The position numbers and the translations under genes were made by a program. Positions 24,101 to 39,300 of a stretch of DNA of 64,000 bases are shown piece after piece. The notes below the pieces were generated by a model that saw nothing but the letters and a program-made list of their open reading frames with translations, was not told the origin of the DNA and ran no database searches. The DNA lies in NCBI RefSeq assembly GCF_964355755.1, contig NC_092672.1, positions 36,400,437 to 36,464,436 of the forward strand, given 5' to 3'. Position 1 is the first letter of the stretch, and every line of letters starts with the position of its first letter. This DNA is from Antedon mediterranea (taxonomy: Eukaryota > Animalia > Echinodermata).

Positions 24101-27100
24101 AATAGAATATCATAGTCTGTTGCTTTTCAACACTTTCTTTAAACAATAATATAATTGATTAGGGCATAACGGACAAAACTGTACTATGATTAATGAATCC
24201 AAGTTGACGAAAATCTTACACATACAACAGTTATAGTATTAGTAGATAAAGTAGTAGTACAATATTATCATTTTAAGAATGTTAATAAGATTTTTACGAA
24301 AAGGACAACACATCTTGTTCAGCAAAATTATAGAAAAAGAAAAGTAAGCAGTGAAAATAAGGAGATACAGATATTTGTAAAAACGCGAAAATTTAGGGGC
24401 GCGAAAAAAATTAGCTATACAGTTGCGAAAATAAAAGATCACGAAACAGTTAAAATATTTTTTAAAACGCGAAAATTTAAGGCCACGGAAAAAAAATCTG
24501 CTTATTTGTGAGCAAGTTGCCTTGCATTGCAAACACTGGTGTACAGTTTTTGATTTCCTAATTCATTGATAAGTAAGTTTTAGACGTAAATTTAGTCCCT
24601 GAAACTGTTGAACCATTGTAGTTGGCTGACCAATGTATTAATTTTTAGCAGTGAATTTAGTTTGTAAACCCTTTATTGTACTATTTAAAGGATATTAGTT
24701 ATTTCCTTGTTTGATTAAAATTTGTAAGTGGAATAATTATTCACTGAAGAAGTAATTTACACATTGTGGAATTATGCTTTGATTGTCACTGTGTTGGTGG
24801 AAATGATGCTAAAGTAATTGTACATGGAACTGATGATGTTGGTATTGTTACATAGAATGTCTGCTAGCAAAAATGAATTGACAGAATGTATTATGTAACA
24901 CATCAATCAATTCCTGTCATTTGATTGGACGATTGTGGGTCACATGGCATGCAATAGTACTCACTATTAAACGATCGTTTAATTATAGTATCATCATTTG
25001 AATCATCCAGGCTCTACAACAAAATGATGGAGATCCTGAGATGATCTGATACCGGTGTCTTTTGTGTGTGTGTGTGTGTGTGTGTTTGCCCTTTTTATTT
25101 AAACTATTTTTTTCTTATGTGATGCAATTGATTTTGTAAGTATGGAGGTATGTTTCCGAAATAGAAGTGGAATGAATGAATATTGACACCAGTCATTGGT
25201 TGATTTTACCTATCCAATCATTGCACTACAGTACTGTATGTCAGAAGAATGCGTATAAAAATTGAACATGAATATTACATTACTTTATATGGAGATACTA
25301 CATTGTTGAAATATAACTATATATTTTAACTTGTTTAAATCATACCTCCATGTTCAGATATGAATTTTGTTTAAAAACTTTTACCTTTAAAAACTAAAAG
25401 TACAGATAAAAGGTACTGTAGAATCCATGGGACAGCTAACTGAAAGAGAGTCTTCAGATAATTTAATAGTTGCTAATATGATTGCTACAAAAACAACAAT
25501 TTAAAAGATTTGAACCTAGCATTTTATAATAATAAACCAAGCGCTTTACTAATGTGTCATAATTGTACAATAATTGTGATTGTTGTTTTGATACAGGAAG
25601 TACGTAAGGCTGTTGCATCATTACTTAAAAGTTTTCAAGGTGAAGTTGACGCACTTTCAAAAAGGAGTAAAGCAGCAGAGGGCGCTTTTCTATCAGTTTA
25701 CAAGAAACTTATTGACGTTCCAGGTAAGAATTTAAGTTGCAATTTATTTAAAATGTTGTACTGGTCATCATCACAAATTTTGACCATATCCTTCATCTTA
25801 ACTTGTAATTTAAAGTAATCATTTTATATTTTATTTATAATTGTACTTTCTGACCCATCCTGTGGCAATGACCCACTGTTGATCTTATTTGAAATAAAAT
25901 ACAAATATTAATTTCTTCACAATTTTTCCCAGATCCTGTATCTGTGTTAGAGCACGCTCAAGCTCTCCAAAAGAAATCACAGAAAGCGCAAGACCTTGAA
26001 ATAGAAAATCAGAAGCTTAGGGAGACTTTAGAGGAGTATAATCATGAATTTGCAGAGGTTAAAAACCAAGGTAATAACACTGTGTGCCATACCTAGCTAT
26101 ACAAAGTCATCTGTTCAAATCCTGGTATTGCCAGAAGAAAGTTTAATTTCACACTCAGACCCCTGAGACTATACCTGGTCAGTACTTTTTCTGGACTGGG
26201 AATAGATTAAGAGAACATTCTTTCTTTGTTTACAGAAGTAACAATAAAAAACTTAAAGGAAAAACTTAAAGAATATGAGGGTAAAATTGAAGCTACAGCT
26301 CAGACAAGAGCTAATGAGAAGGAGAAAGAATTACAACGAGGGTTTGCTGATAAGGAAAGGTAATGATTAGTAAGGGAATTGTTAATAGTAAATGAAACAA
26401 TAAACAGGCATGGAATACATGTTTTACAACAGGTTTGTATATATAGTAATATACTACGTAGGAAAACAGTAATTGAACAACACAATATGAATTGTGAATT
26501 TAATTTGAATTATTCTACTGTAATATAATATTGTAAGCTGAATTTCGTCATTAAAAAATATTAACAAAATTTGCAGATTATGAATATTCAAAGAAACATT
26601 GTTTCAAAACCTGTTAGTGGCGGTAATTATTGCTGTTGGTTTTGATTAAATAAAATAAAATTAATTTAAAACAATTATATTAAATACATTTAAATTTTAA
26701 AAAATTAGAGAAATCTAAATTATTATCTTAAGCTCTGTCTACACTATCAAACTTTATGTGACAAAAAAATGTGATGTGCTCATATATGGACACGATGATG
26801 TCATATCACCTATACCATATTAGAACATATCGCTACCATATTTGGGCACATCACATTCATTTTTGTCAAACTAGTTTGTAGATAATATACGTAAAATAGC
26901 ATAAGATAGAGCACGCACATATTAATTTATAGGGTGGGTCTCGTCAATCATCGAGTATTTCTCAATCCATATTTTTAGTCATTAACTGGTGCAATATTAT
27001 AGTACAGATTATATATATGTAACATAATGATGTTATATCACTCCCATATTTAAGCATATCACTACCATATTTACGCACATCACACTTGTTTTAACAAGTT

Positions 27101-30100
27101 AAATAGTGTAGACAGAGCTTAAGATATGAAATAGGAGAATATGAATTACTATTAAAAATAAATATCATATTATTTAGTTGATTTATATTTCTGTTAAATT
27201 TCATTGCATTTCAACAGACAACTTCAAGAGACCCAGATGACAGTAGCAGTGAAATTAGGCGAAGCTGAGGTAAAGGTTTCCACGCTTCAAGCAGGTTAGT
27301 CGATTTTATATACACCCTCCCCCTGCCAGAAACAATAAATCAGACTTAATTACCAAATATGGCATGTATTTGATGGTACAATGAGATTTATGATTTGTTG
27401 GGGTGAGATAATGGGTTCATTTGTATAGAATGTATTTAATTTTAAACATATACTTTTCTTAATCGAGAAATTGCAATTTATCTGTTTAGGAATGTTGCTA
27501 GATTAAGTTAAGATTCCTGTTGCGCAATAATTTCTTTCAGTGTACACTCTTATTATTAATATTTGTATTCTATTTTCACAGCGCTGGATAACGCCCTGTC
27601 TGAACTATTTGACGTCAAGTCCAAGTTTGACGAGAAGACGGCCGCCAAGTAAGTTATTGAAAGACTATTCAATTAATGATAATCTTTTCAACAGGATCTT
27701 AGCATGGGTTTTTCTGGTTTTTAATGAACATAACGGTCGTAATTGATTCCCTATTGGAACGTTGTCAATAGTATTTTATGTAAGATTTGAATTGAACAGG
27801 TGAATTGTCATTCTGCGTCATTGATCACTAAAGCTCTGTCGACACTATCAAACTTTATGTGACAACAAAAATGTGATGTGCCCATATATGGACATGATAA
27901 TGTCATATAACACTACCAATTTGGTCATATCACTACCATATTTGGACACATCACACTTTTTTTGTCAAGCTAGTTTGATAGTGTAGACAGAGCTTAAGCC
28001 ATATTTTATTTCTGAAAGCAAACTTATTGTATGGTTTATTTATTTTGCTTGCTTTCCATTCTATAAGAGATAACACTAAAAGAATCCAGTGTAATTACCA
28101 ATATGTATCGTTACTGGTATTAAGTAAAAACTTTATCTAGATGGAAGCTCCAAGTTAAGATATGGTTAATTTTAGAATTCAACCGTAGTGGAGCTGTAGC
28201 TTGGTGGGTAACATGCTTGCCTTCAAATCCCAAGCTCCAGGGTTCAATCATGACCCAGTGCCAGGGTTGTAACTAGGTCAGGATTGGAACTCGCGACTCT
28301 TTCAACTCCACTCCCTCAAATGAGACTTAGTTGATAAGCATGATAAATTATAAAATAGTTTATCCATCCATGTAATTGGCGAGTTGTTCACTGTGCTTAT
28401 TCTAATATTAATCTAGTATCAATAAAAAAATTGTTTTTGGATTTGTTACGTTAAATTCTTTGTCAGAAAAACAGTAAATTTTATTTTTTAGGTCGGATGA
28501 GATGGAGATAGTGATGACGGATTTGGAACGCTCAAATCAAAAGGTTGCGGAGACGGAGAAGGAGATTGAGTCGTTAAAGAGACAACTCATGTCAGCCAAT
28601 CAGTCACTACAGCTCGCTGATCAGATGCAGAAAGCGCCAAATGTTGTAAGTGACCCAAATCTATTTTTAATCGATGGTTACTCAATTTTGGTTTTGACTT
28701 TTGAGTTTATTGATAAGTCATACTTATAAGGTATTTATGGATAAACATTTATATTTAATAATTTAAAAGGTAGTCTTGAAAATGTAAAACTCAGATCTTT
28801 ATTTACTTTATTTAAATCCATTATATTTCTACTAAATATCAGTTATATGGCACAAAACACAATTAATTTTCTTAAGAACTGTTTCTTGAATAATGAAAAG
28901 AGATATTATACTGAAATACTGACAAGCTTTGTTTGTCCAGTATCATAATAAAATAACAATAACAATTCTTTTTCAAGATTGGCAAATATTATTACGATAA
29001 AAAACAGATATATATATATATAAATATAAACAAAAAAATTAGAATATACACACATTATTGCTCAAAAACTTAAGTTTATATATTATAATACAGTTTTTAT
29101 AGAAATATTTTAATTTTAAAGCTTCAAGAATGCGTTGAATTGTTTTAGAAAATTAGGCACAGTTAACAATATAAATCAATTTTATAAAATTAACCAGAAA
29201 ATTGTAAGTGTATATATTGAACAATTAAAAACTTAAAATAAATGAAGTGACATCTGTTCATAGATTATTTCCATTTTCTTTTGTCCAATTTCTGACTTAA
29301 TTCTCTACTAAATTAGTGAGAAATAAATGGCATTTCATGTGGGTTAATTCATGGTAATATTATCACCTCTGTCGCAACAGACATTAAAATAATGACTCAC
29401 TGATTTTACCTATTATAAATATGCCTATTTATAAGGCCATCAATCGTGCTATTTAACAGGCTACCGTATTTGAAGTCTGATCAAATTTGAGCTCATTTAG
29501 TTATTACTAAGCATTTCTGAATTATTAAAACATGTAAGCGGTTCGTTTCTCGGTATCATTGTAATCAATTATTTGTAACTAACCTGTATTGATAATGTAT
29601 AGGTCAAAGGTCGTCAATTAATAGTTGTACAGTATGCTGTGTTAATGTGCCTTTAGCAGTGTGTAGATTATGTGTTTTAATACATCCTGTATGTGTTGAC
29701 TTTTTCAGGAGCAAGCTATTGATGTGTTGACCAGGTCTAGTCTTGAGATAGAATTAGCAGCTAAGGAAAAAGAGGTAAGTAATAGTGGAGCTGTAGTTTG
29801 GTGGTTAACATGCTTGCCTTCCAATCCCAATGTCCCGGGTTCAATCCTGACCCAGTGCCTGGGTTGTAACTCACTTTTTTCATTTGAGACTTAAGCTCTG
29901 TCTACACTACCAAACTTTATGTGACAAATAAGTATGATGTGCCCAAATATAGTTGTGATATGACATCATCATGTCCATATATGGGCACATCACATTTTTT
30001 TGTCAAACTAATTTTATAGTGTAGACATAGCTTTAGGTTATAAGGATGGTATTGTTTATCCATGCTGGTAATTGGCGAGGTACTTGCTGTTGAATGTTTA

Positions 30101-33100
30101 TGAAATTAATAAGAAAAAAATATAATAATAATAGTTTAAAAATTCAAATATTACTCTTTATTATATGTATAACCCCAGCTGTTATAAATCATGTCAATCA
30201 ATGTTATAAAATTAAAATTATAAAAACTATAAAAAATAATTATATTTCTATATACAAAAAAACTTGTTATTCATTATTAGTGTTGTGTGCATCCTCATTG
30301 AAAACTAATCCTATAAATTAAATAAAAGTATTGATACTGTACATTACAATCTCATTAGGGGGTAAATGGATTATTATTAGTAATCTAAGGTTAAAGGTCA
30401 TCCAGATTAAGACGATTAATTACTGTATTGTATGGCAGTGACAATATTAACAGATTTATATACTTTATAAATAAATTCAGTTTGTAACGTTGCGATGTAA
30501 TTATTCTGTAATTTTCAATATGTTCACATTAGTAACCCACATCGATGTCATACTGCAGGTACTGCAGGTACTGCAGGTGTAACTGATTCATTAAAATAAT
30601 TAGTTCTTCTAATATATTATATTCTTTTTTTATTTGTCTTTTTAAATATCAAATATACAGTCCTTGAATATTATTAATTAATATTATTATAAAATATCAA
30701 TAATTATTAAATGAATGCGGGTACGTTTATTGTAAATACATAATATAAAAAAACGCTTAAAAAAGAACGACGTTTCGACTCCATCATTTGACAGGATGTA
30801 AGACAATAGGTCTTTTGTTATTTAAACTTTGACCCTTGGCTTGTGATATTTAATTAGTTGTTGTTGTTTTAAATTTTATTCATTGGACTTGATAATGACC
30901 CCATGATGGAGTCGAAACGTCGTTCTTTTTTAAGCGTTATTTTTATATTATGTAATTATTAAATGCCTAGAAAAATTGATGCAATATGCTATTATTTTAA
31001 ACACAAAGCACATATTATCTTTGATAAAAGTTGGAACCCACTAAAAGCCTTAAAAGTGTATGTTTGACGTATGCAGCACCAGTTGAGGTTTTTCTTCTTT
31101 GTGTTTGGTACAACGTGTTTTTTATTTAGTTTTTTTTCTTTTGATATAATGTATGCGGTGAATAAAGGTGGCTTAAAAAAAAATAATAGGTAATTAATTT
31201 ATTTTTATTTGTTATATCTATCAGATATCTCAGTTGGTAGAAGATGTTCACAGACTACAAGCAGCGAACGCTAAGCTACGTGAGCAAAGTACGAGTCAGA
31301 TCAGCAAACTAGAAGAACAACTCACTGCAAGCACTTCAGCTTTCAAAAAACTAGTATGTACAATATTGATATCTAGGGCTAGAGATGCTAGACTGTTATG
31401 AATGGCTGGGCTTACAATATGTCGTACCATATTTATTACAATTACACTAGGGAATGGTCTGTCCCTTCAAATATAAGTGTGTGTTTCTTACTTGAATCTT
31501 ACTTGAATCTTCGGGCTCATGATTAAGGCAAATGCCTTTTAAACGCCCTCCATTTCTTCTGTATGTAACTAGAATTGGTAGCAAAATTTATCTCCCATTG
31601 CTCTCTCTTTGTTTAGGTGGTCCTTGAATGCATTAATGTTTTCTGCTTGTACTGTAGTGTGGTATAGATTGTTCCATGTGTTGACGATTCTACTTGAAAA
31701 GGAGTGGCTTCTGATTTTCAGTCGGGCTCTTGGCTTTCTTAATTTGAATTGATGGCCCCTTGTTCTACTGTCCTCTCTAAAATCAAAAAAGGTTTCGGCT
31801 TCAATATCATCCAAGCCCATGATAATTTTAAACACTTGTATAATGTCCGCTCTCCTTCTTCTGTAATTCAGTGTAGGTAATCCAAGCTCTTTTAATCTCT
31901 GTTTATCAGTTATCTTGTTAGAATTAACCTCACTAATGGCCTAATTGTATAATTATTTGATTGATGGAATATATTGTTTAATTTATAGTCTAATAATATA
32001 ACATGAAATTGGTAGATAGTCTTAGTAGAGCAAACATCTAACCACTTAGTCTTGTTTTATTTAATAAGTACTTGAAAAATATGATTTAAGTTCTATATTC
32101 ATTGAATTTATAGGAAGATAGACTCCAATCACAAAGTGACTATGAAGAAATGAAGCGTGAACTTAACGTCATTAAAGCGACCGAGTTTAACTCGTCGAAC
32201 GGTGTAGACCAAGAAGGCACATCGAACAAGACCTTGGAAATGCTTCTGCTAGAGAAAAACCGTGCTCTCCAGTCAGAAAATACTACCTTGAAAGTTGCTA
32301 ACCATGAGATTAATGGTGAGTTTTAATTACTCTATAAACTTTATATTATATAGCCACTACATTTTGGACTGCCATATTTGCCCACCAGGGCATATAAGTG
32401 AGTCACCAAAAATCAGTTTTCTTAATCAAAATGTAGGATTATTGGTGTTTTCTACAACTTTTTCAAAGAATTTAACTCAATTCCGATAATAGAATCGTCA
32501 TTATTGGTACTTTATCTATGCTTTATTATTGTACATTATACATAAACTTCTCATTTTTCTACAAAAACAACCTGAAATTATTGTTTATTTTCTTTTCATT
32601 AGATCAAAAATATCATATGCATTATTAATATGTATAAAAATTATATATATTTGACATCAATTCCTATAATGTATACATTGTCTATGCGCTTTTATCTGTA
32701 TTTTTACCACCCACTTAATAGTAAGTCAGGTATAAAGTGCATTTTGTTTATAAAAATTTATTTACATAACCGTTAAAAATTGTCTTGTGAGCGTCTGTGT
32801 TTGAAAAAAAAGTGAATTGTGTAATTGGCATTCTGAACGAAATTTCTAGAAGAGAATTGACAAAATGCATTTTGTACCTCTCTTACAGGTAATGGGGGGT
32901 TCGCACACGCCCAAGCATTCGCATCGATGGTCGGCCACCAGGTGGCAGCAGCATATAAACACAAAGGAATGCAATCGCCACAGAACTCGCAAATCATCCA
33001 ACCGATTATTGTTATTCCACCGACGTTCAATCCAATGTCTCCCACACCGCAGTCATCTGCACATCACTTCCATCCGTCACTGATACAGCAGCGTCCATTA

Positions 33101-36100
33101 CTATCGAACAATGTCACGGCGCCAGTGAAGCCGATGTTTAAGACGTCTCCGAGCAGTAAGGAAAGTAGTTCACCTCGTAGTACGCCAAACGAATCGCCGG
33201 CCACTCCATCCAGTACAATTGCATTGAATCACGAACCAATTGATACCATTGAAATTGCCCGCAAGGTTAAAGACTTTTTGTTGCGTAACGGAATCGGACA
33301 ACGCGTCTACGGTGAATACTTTCTCGGACTGAGTCAAGGCTCTGTTAGCGATATTTTGTCGCGGCCGAAACCATGGGATAAATTGACTTTAAAAGGAAGA
33401 GAACCCTATATCAAAATGCTTCACTTCCTTACTGATCCGCAAGGAAAAACGAAACTGAAGATGATCAATGCACATCGTAAAGGTAAGAACACTTTTTAAT
33501 TTCATTTTATTCATTTGACTGGAACAAATAGATAAAAGAGTGCCCATATATGAACATAATGATGTCATATCGCTACCATATTTGGGCACATCACCCTTTT
33601 TTTTTCGAACTAGTTTGATAGTGTAGACAGAGCTTTAGAAAATCAGCAATTCCAATTAAATATTATTAAGTTTGTAAAAAAAAAGTAACATAATAAATAC
33701 TAAATTGTTGATTTTGTAGCTCATTCAAATTAATACTACTTTACTCATAACTAATAATAACATTTCTTTTGTTATCTTTGCGGTATAAAATCTTATGAAT
33801 GATTTGATGTTTGTTGTTTAGGAAGAGAAGCTTCCCCACAGTATTTACCACCAACTCAATTGCCAACTTATACTAGTGGTTCTACAGAAGAAGCAGTCAG
33901 CAATATATTGGCACTAGCTAGGCAAGAAATTGATGCACAGAAGAACCAAGAAATGGCTATCAAATCCGAAGTATCTGCAAACGGTGCTAGATGTGCAGAC
34001 ATACGCGCTCGGGAAGCTCTTTTACAGTGTGCAGAATTAGCGCATCAGCAGATTTTAGAAACCCCTGGTAAATCACAAAATAATGATCCTAATATGAGCC
34101 CTCAGAATTCCATATCTGGTGACGGAGAAGGTGAGAGCAGCTCTGGTGAGGACAGCAGAGGAATGATGCGAGTCTGGAGAAGACATCTGCTGCAACCTCT
34201 GACGACGGAACAGTTCCGACAGAGTCAGAACCTTGATACTGTTGATCTCTGTCAAGAGGTGAAAGACATCTTATTCAGAAGCGGCATTTCCCAGAAGGTT
34301 TTTGGTGAGCTTGTGTTAGGTCTGTCTCAAGGAAGTGTTAGCGATCTGCTAAGTAGACCAAAGGAGTGGGGGCGCTTGACACCGAGGGGTCGAGAGCCTT
34401 ATATTCGCATGAAGCTATGGTTAGTAGAGGAAAATAACATACAGAAGTTGAAAGAAGTCTCAGCTAAAAGTGGTAAGTTTTGTTATTGTTACAAATCATT
34501 ATAAATCAATAAAACTTATTTACACTTAATTATTTATTATAATTATACTCAAGAAGCATTTAAATATGAACAATATAAAAACTGCATACACATTACATAC
34601 AATAAGAATTAAAACTCAAAATATTGATACTGAGCATATCAACATATAAAGAGCGTAACCCTAAACAGCATACACTGACAATCAAGGGCTCTCATATCAA
34701 CATTTAAAGAGCGTATAGCTATAGAAACGTATTTACCATGTTCGATCAATGTTTTGGGAATTTACCTAATAACACAACATAAAACCTAATACAGGACATA
34801 CAACTAACGTTAAAACTGAAAATATAATATTATTAAATTATTATTTTTGAACCTTGTGTTTTCTTCAGGTTTGGATGATGATGAACCATCATTACCATCA
34901 CCAACACGGTCCAGCACACCACGCCAACTCAGCCCACCAATTCGAGCCACACCACCTTTACACCCACCACCATCAGACTCACCTATAGATCTACAGACCA
35001 ACCCAAGCTCTCAGCCATCAACACCAAATACAGAAACGGAACTCTATGACATGTTCTCCCCCGAACCGCTCCCAGATCTTCCACCCGTCCGAGATAAAGC
35101 TGCAACCATCGAGTACTTAGATACATACGAATTATCGCGGCAGGTGAAAACGGTTTTGGGCATGCACAACGTAGGTCAGAGAGCATTCGGTGAAGCGGTC
35201 CTAGGCCTGACTCAAGGCTCTGTCAGTGACTTACTGTCTAAGCCTAAGATGTGGTTGAAACTGAGTATGAAAGGTCGTGAACCTTACATAAGAATGCACA
35301 TGTGGTTGAATGACCCTAATGGAATCGACATAGTCAAAAACTATAAACCAAAACGTAGACGTAAGTATACACTCTCTTAAAAATTGTTTGACTTGAGGAG
35401 AAGAAATTTTAATAATGCTCACAGTGTTTTAGAAATCCTCAGGGGTATAATTAATACAAATACTAGTTAATAATATTGATTTATTGATTTAAAGAAGTTT
35501 TAAAACACTCAACGTTTTCTAATGTGCACAGAAAGACTGGCATATATTTGCTTTTAATACTGGTTTTTCTTTTATTAATCTTTCTGGTTCTTGTAGCTAG
35601 AATGTTTGATATTACTGTTAATACAAATTATTAGTTCATAATAAAAAAAAACAATAATTTTTAAAAATAATTTTAAATAATTCTTGATTTCTTCTGCCAC
35701 CAGCAAAGCGAATGTTAATAATGCCAAATAGTAACAGTCCATTGTCAAAGCGGCCACGTATCCTCTTATCGCCAGAAGAGAAAGCAACACTGTTAGAGGT
35801 CTACCATCAAGATCCGTATCCGTCCAGCGAAGCGATGGCTCGCATTGCACAATCCACAAATCTTTCCATATCTACCGTCACAAATTGGTTCCACAATCAT
35901 CGATCCCGTCTCAAACGAGGTTCTGCGATGGAAGACGTGGAAGTCGGAAATTACATGGAGACTCTGGTACGAGCTGGAGCTTTTGTAGAAGGGTCTAACT
36001 CGCGGAATGGTTCTGTAGCCGACGATGACGTATCGGTTCCCGATTCTCCCCTACCAACGATGGTAGGGAAGAATCATCAAAATCAATTGGTCATTTATCC

Positions 36101-36350
36101 GATGGACAGTAACGAAAAAGCTGTGATGCTAGAAGACATCAACCGCCAACAAAGTTTGAACTCCTCATCAAACGACGAAGAAGACAATAACGAACCAAAA
36201 GACTTTTCTATGAGCACAATTGAAAAACTGAAAATCAAACAAGAAAAAGCTGATAACAGTACAGTTACCGATACAAGCGCAAAATCACCAGAAACAGGGG
36301 TTTCAGAAAAGGATGATGCTTTATCGTCACAGGGTGATTGGGAGTTTTAA
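15099..36350 (+). CDS. CUX1: Cut-like homeobox protein, CUX isoform (coiled coil, 3 CUT domains, homeodomain), ~1214 aa
   Basis: Shared exons 15099-15164, 23392-23502, 25597-25723, 25933-26070, 26236-26359, 27218-27294, 27582-27648, 28492-28645, 29709-29774, 31225-31353, 32114-32315. CUX-specific exons 32889-33482, 33822-34472, 34869-35360, 35704-36350. Three LGL(S/T)QGSVSD(I/L)LS(R/K)PK CUT repeats, homeodomain with NWFHNHRSR (His50), and a C-terminal WEF. May be co-orthologous to vertebrate CUX1 and CUX2. Confidence 0.96.
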
Positions 36351-39300
36351 ACCTGCTAAAAATCTGATGCCAAGTCTATTTTCAAGGGTCTATTTTATTA
36401 TGTAAAATAATTCATTAATGTAATTTTTATCCTGTATCATGTAATTATGTATATTATAAGTGTTGTATTGTGTTTTTACTTTATTAATGATGTTCTCAAA
36501 ACATGAATAAGTATTTTATACAGATACTTGTGGCTGTTGTTGATGATACCACTTGCTGTAGTGGTGCATCAAAACAATGGACATTTTTAGGTTTGTGTTT
36601 AAATCGTTGTATGTTATACTGTTGTTCAGTTATTATGTCAATCAATTGCCACCAATATTAGAATAGACTAAGATTATAACCAATTTTTAGCTAGTAAATG
36701 TTTAAGTTATCAAAAGTTAATAATCATATATAATCCTATTACTATTATTTTTATATTATTTATGTTTTTAATACTTAATTATGTACAGTATCATAGTTGT
36801 CATCCTTTTACTTAATCATTTTTATATCATTTTTATACTAATAAATTAACCTAAGCCTACTTCATTGCCCTTGTGCTAAATATAGATTTTATATAAATCT
36901 AAGCTGCTATCAAAACCCTTGATATTTATAAATTGAATCAACTCCCATCGTGCAATTGAGTTGTTGAATTATACCTTCTCCCATGGAGGAAAATATAAAT
37001 TTTCTCCATGCTTTTCCCAAACAGAAATTATTTTATTGGACTATTTAATGCACCTATTTATTAAAAATTGTTGACCTTTTAACCAACGAAACATAGATAA
37101 TCTATTACCAAAGACATTGATTGATAAAACTAAAGAAATATAATAATATGGTAAACTAGTATAGGAAGATGGTGCTCGTCAAATATGATATGAAAAACAT
37201 TTAAGTTAAACACTCATTCATGATACTTTAATCATAATATTATTTAAATAAGAAAAACAAAAAAGACATTGTGTGGTTTTTTCATAAAAATGAACCAATT
37301 ATTATAAAATGATTCAAATAAACAGATTAATTTAAATTTAAAATTGTTATCAGCCAAAAAATATTTTTAACTTATTTCCACGTCAACTCATATCGGCCGT
37401 TCAAAGTTTTTAAAAATGGTAACAAAACTTGATCCCTAACAAACCTGTTATTATAGGCTTTGTATTAATTAAATCCTAAACCTTGATATATTTACCTAGG
37501 AGAATTTAAATTATTTTTGTTATCAATATACTGTGTGAATTCACCTTTTTGTCATGAAATGTTAGTACAGTATCTCTTTCAATGGCCATATCATTACTTT
37601 TTCATTCATTAATTTAATTTTACATTTTTAGTTTAAAATTTACTACTAATATTTTAAAATTGATTTTCTATTTGTAAAGTTTGTATTTGTTAATGTTTAG
37701 ATTATATTACTTGCCAAGAAAACATGAACCACATAATGGTCATGATGTTCTCCCTGTGTTCTTATATGGTCATTAGATGACCATACATGGTCATTCAATG
37801 CCCATACATGGTCTACTTAGTAATATTCATATCATGTATGAATAATTTAATTTAAATACATTTTAATCTTTCTTTATTTATGTTAAGTTTGTTATGCAAA
37901 ATGGGTGCCAACGTAAATAACATTATAATATTATTTTATTACGATGCTGTATGTAACATTAATGTTTGTTTCACTGAAATGTTGGTTCTAGGTGCAGGTA
38001 GGGTTTAAGGGTTGGATGTCTTTCAATAGGCTTCAATATTTGTAAGCCTTTTAAACCAACTGAATTACAGATAATATAGTAGACTGTGTCAAAAGACTAA
38101 AAGAATATTTGTCTAAAGCTCTGTCTACACTATCAAACTTTATGTGACAAACAAATGTGATGTGCCCATATATGAATATGATGATGTCATCACTACCATA
38201 TTTGGGCATATCACTACCAAATTTGGGCACATCATAGTGGACAGAGCTTAAGGATTTAACTTAATGCTATCAGTTATATTAACCCAAAAAATTAACTTAA
38301 TTTAAAAATGTATTTATTTGGCCAGTATCTTGATGATAAACTGTGTTGAAAGCCTTGTCACGTTTGTCCACATTTTGTAAGTTTACAAACACATGTATTT
38401 AAAATGTCTGCTGTTGGTCTATATTGTTCTCACAGCTTGTCTTGCCAAAGAAATTAGTGACCATGTCTTGTGTACCCTTCCTCCGCCGGGTGTTTTAAAT
38501 TATTATTTGTGCTTCCAACTTAACAAGAAATTGTTTTTCAAAAAAACTCTGAGCAGAATGCAATATCTTTAAATTGTCTGCCTATTTTAAGCATTTTTCA
38601 AAGTACACTCACTGAACGTTTTTTTCTTCATAATATTCCAGAAATTAATTTTAATACCAATAAACGTCCATGTAATGGGAGTTGTTGGTCCTCAAATTTC
38701 CTCTAATATCCACTACTTAATTGCCATTATGTTTAGTTGGTGAAAATGAAAATTTTATTTTGATAATATTTCCAGATAAAATTAAAAACAAAGAGAACAT
38801 ATGTTTGTTGTAAATGAAAAAAGGAGAAAGAAAAAAGAGAAAGAAGTTTTATATTCAATTGTTGTATATAGTAGCATTATCAAACTGGTTTGGAGATAAG
38901 CAGTGTGAAGCTACCAGCTGGCTCGAGAACACTGCAAATAATTGTATTTATAAAAAAGAAATCAAATTTTGTAAACTATCTTTAATTGTGAAAAATGTTA
39001 AATACCAAAGGCTTTATGAAACTTGCCAACGATAAAAGCATTTACTTTCAGAGAAACATTTTCTAAATATTTTATTTTTTTTAAACTTAAATTCTGATTC
39101 GAAAATGATTGAGTAACATTCCTATCTCATATGTCATTTTATGATGATTTTATATCAAAATTTCATATTTACTAATGGGGTACGTAGACTAGTCAGTGGG
39201 GCTCAAATATGTACGACCTTATCCAATAAATGGATATATAAAATCAGTAAAAAAAAATGGTGGAAAAATTACCAATTACAAGGATCTACAATGTGATGTC

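Noticed and set aside
29785-29860. tRNA-Gly gene
   Set aside because: Acceptor and anticodon stems pair poorly and homology with the 28186 copy extends far downstream, as expected for a SINE.
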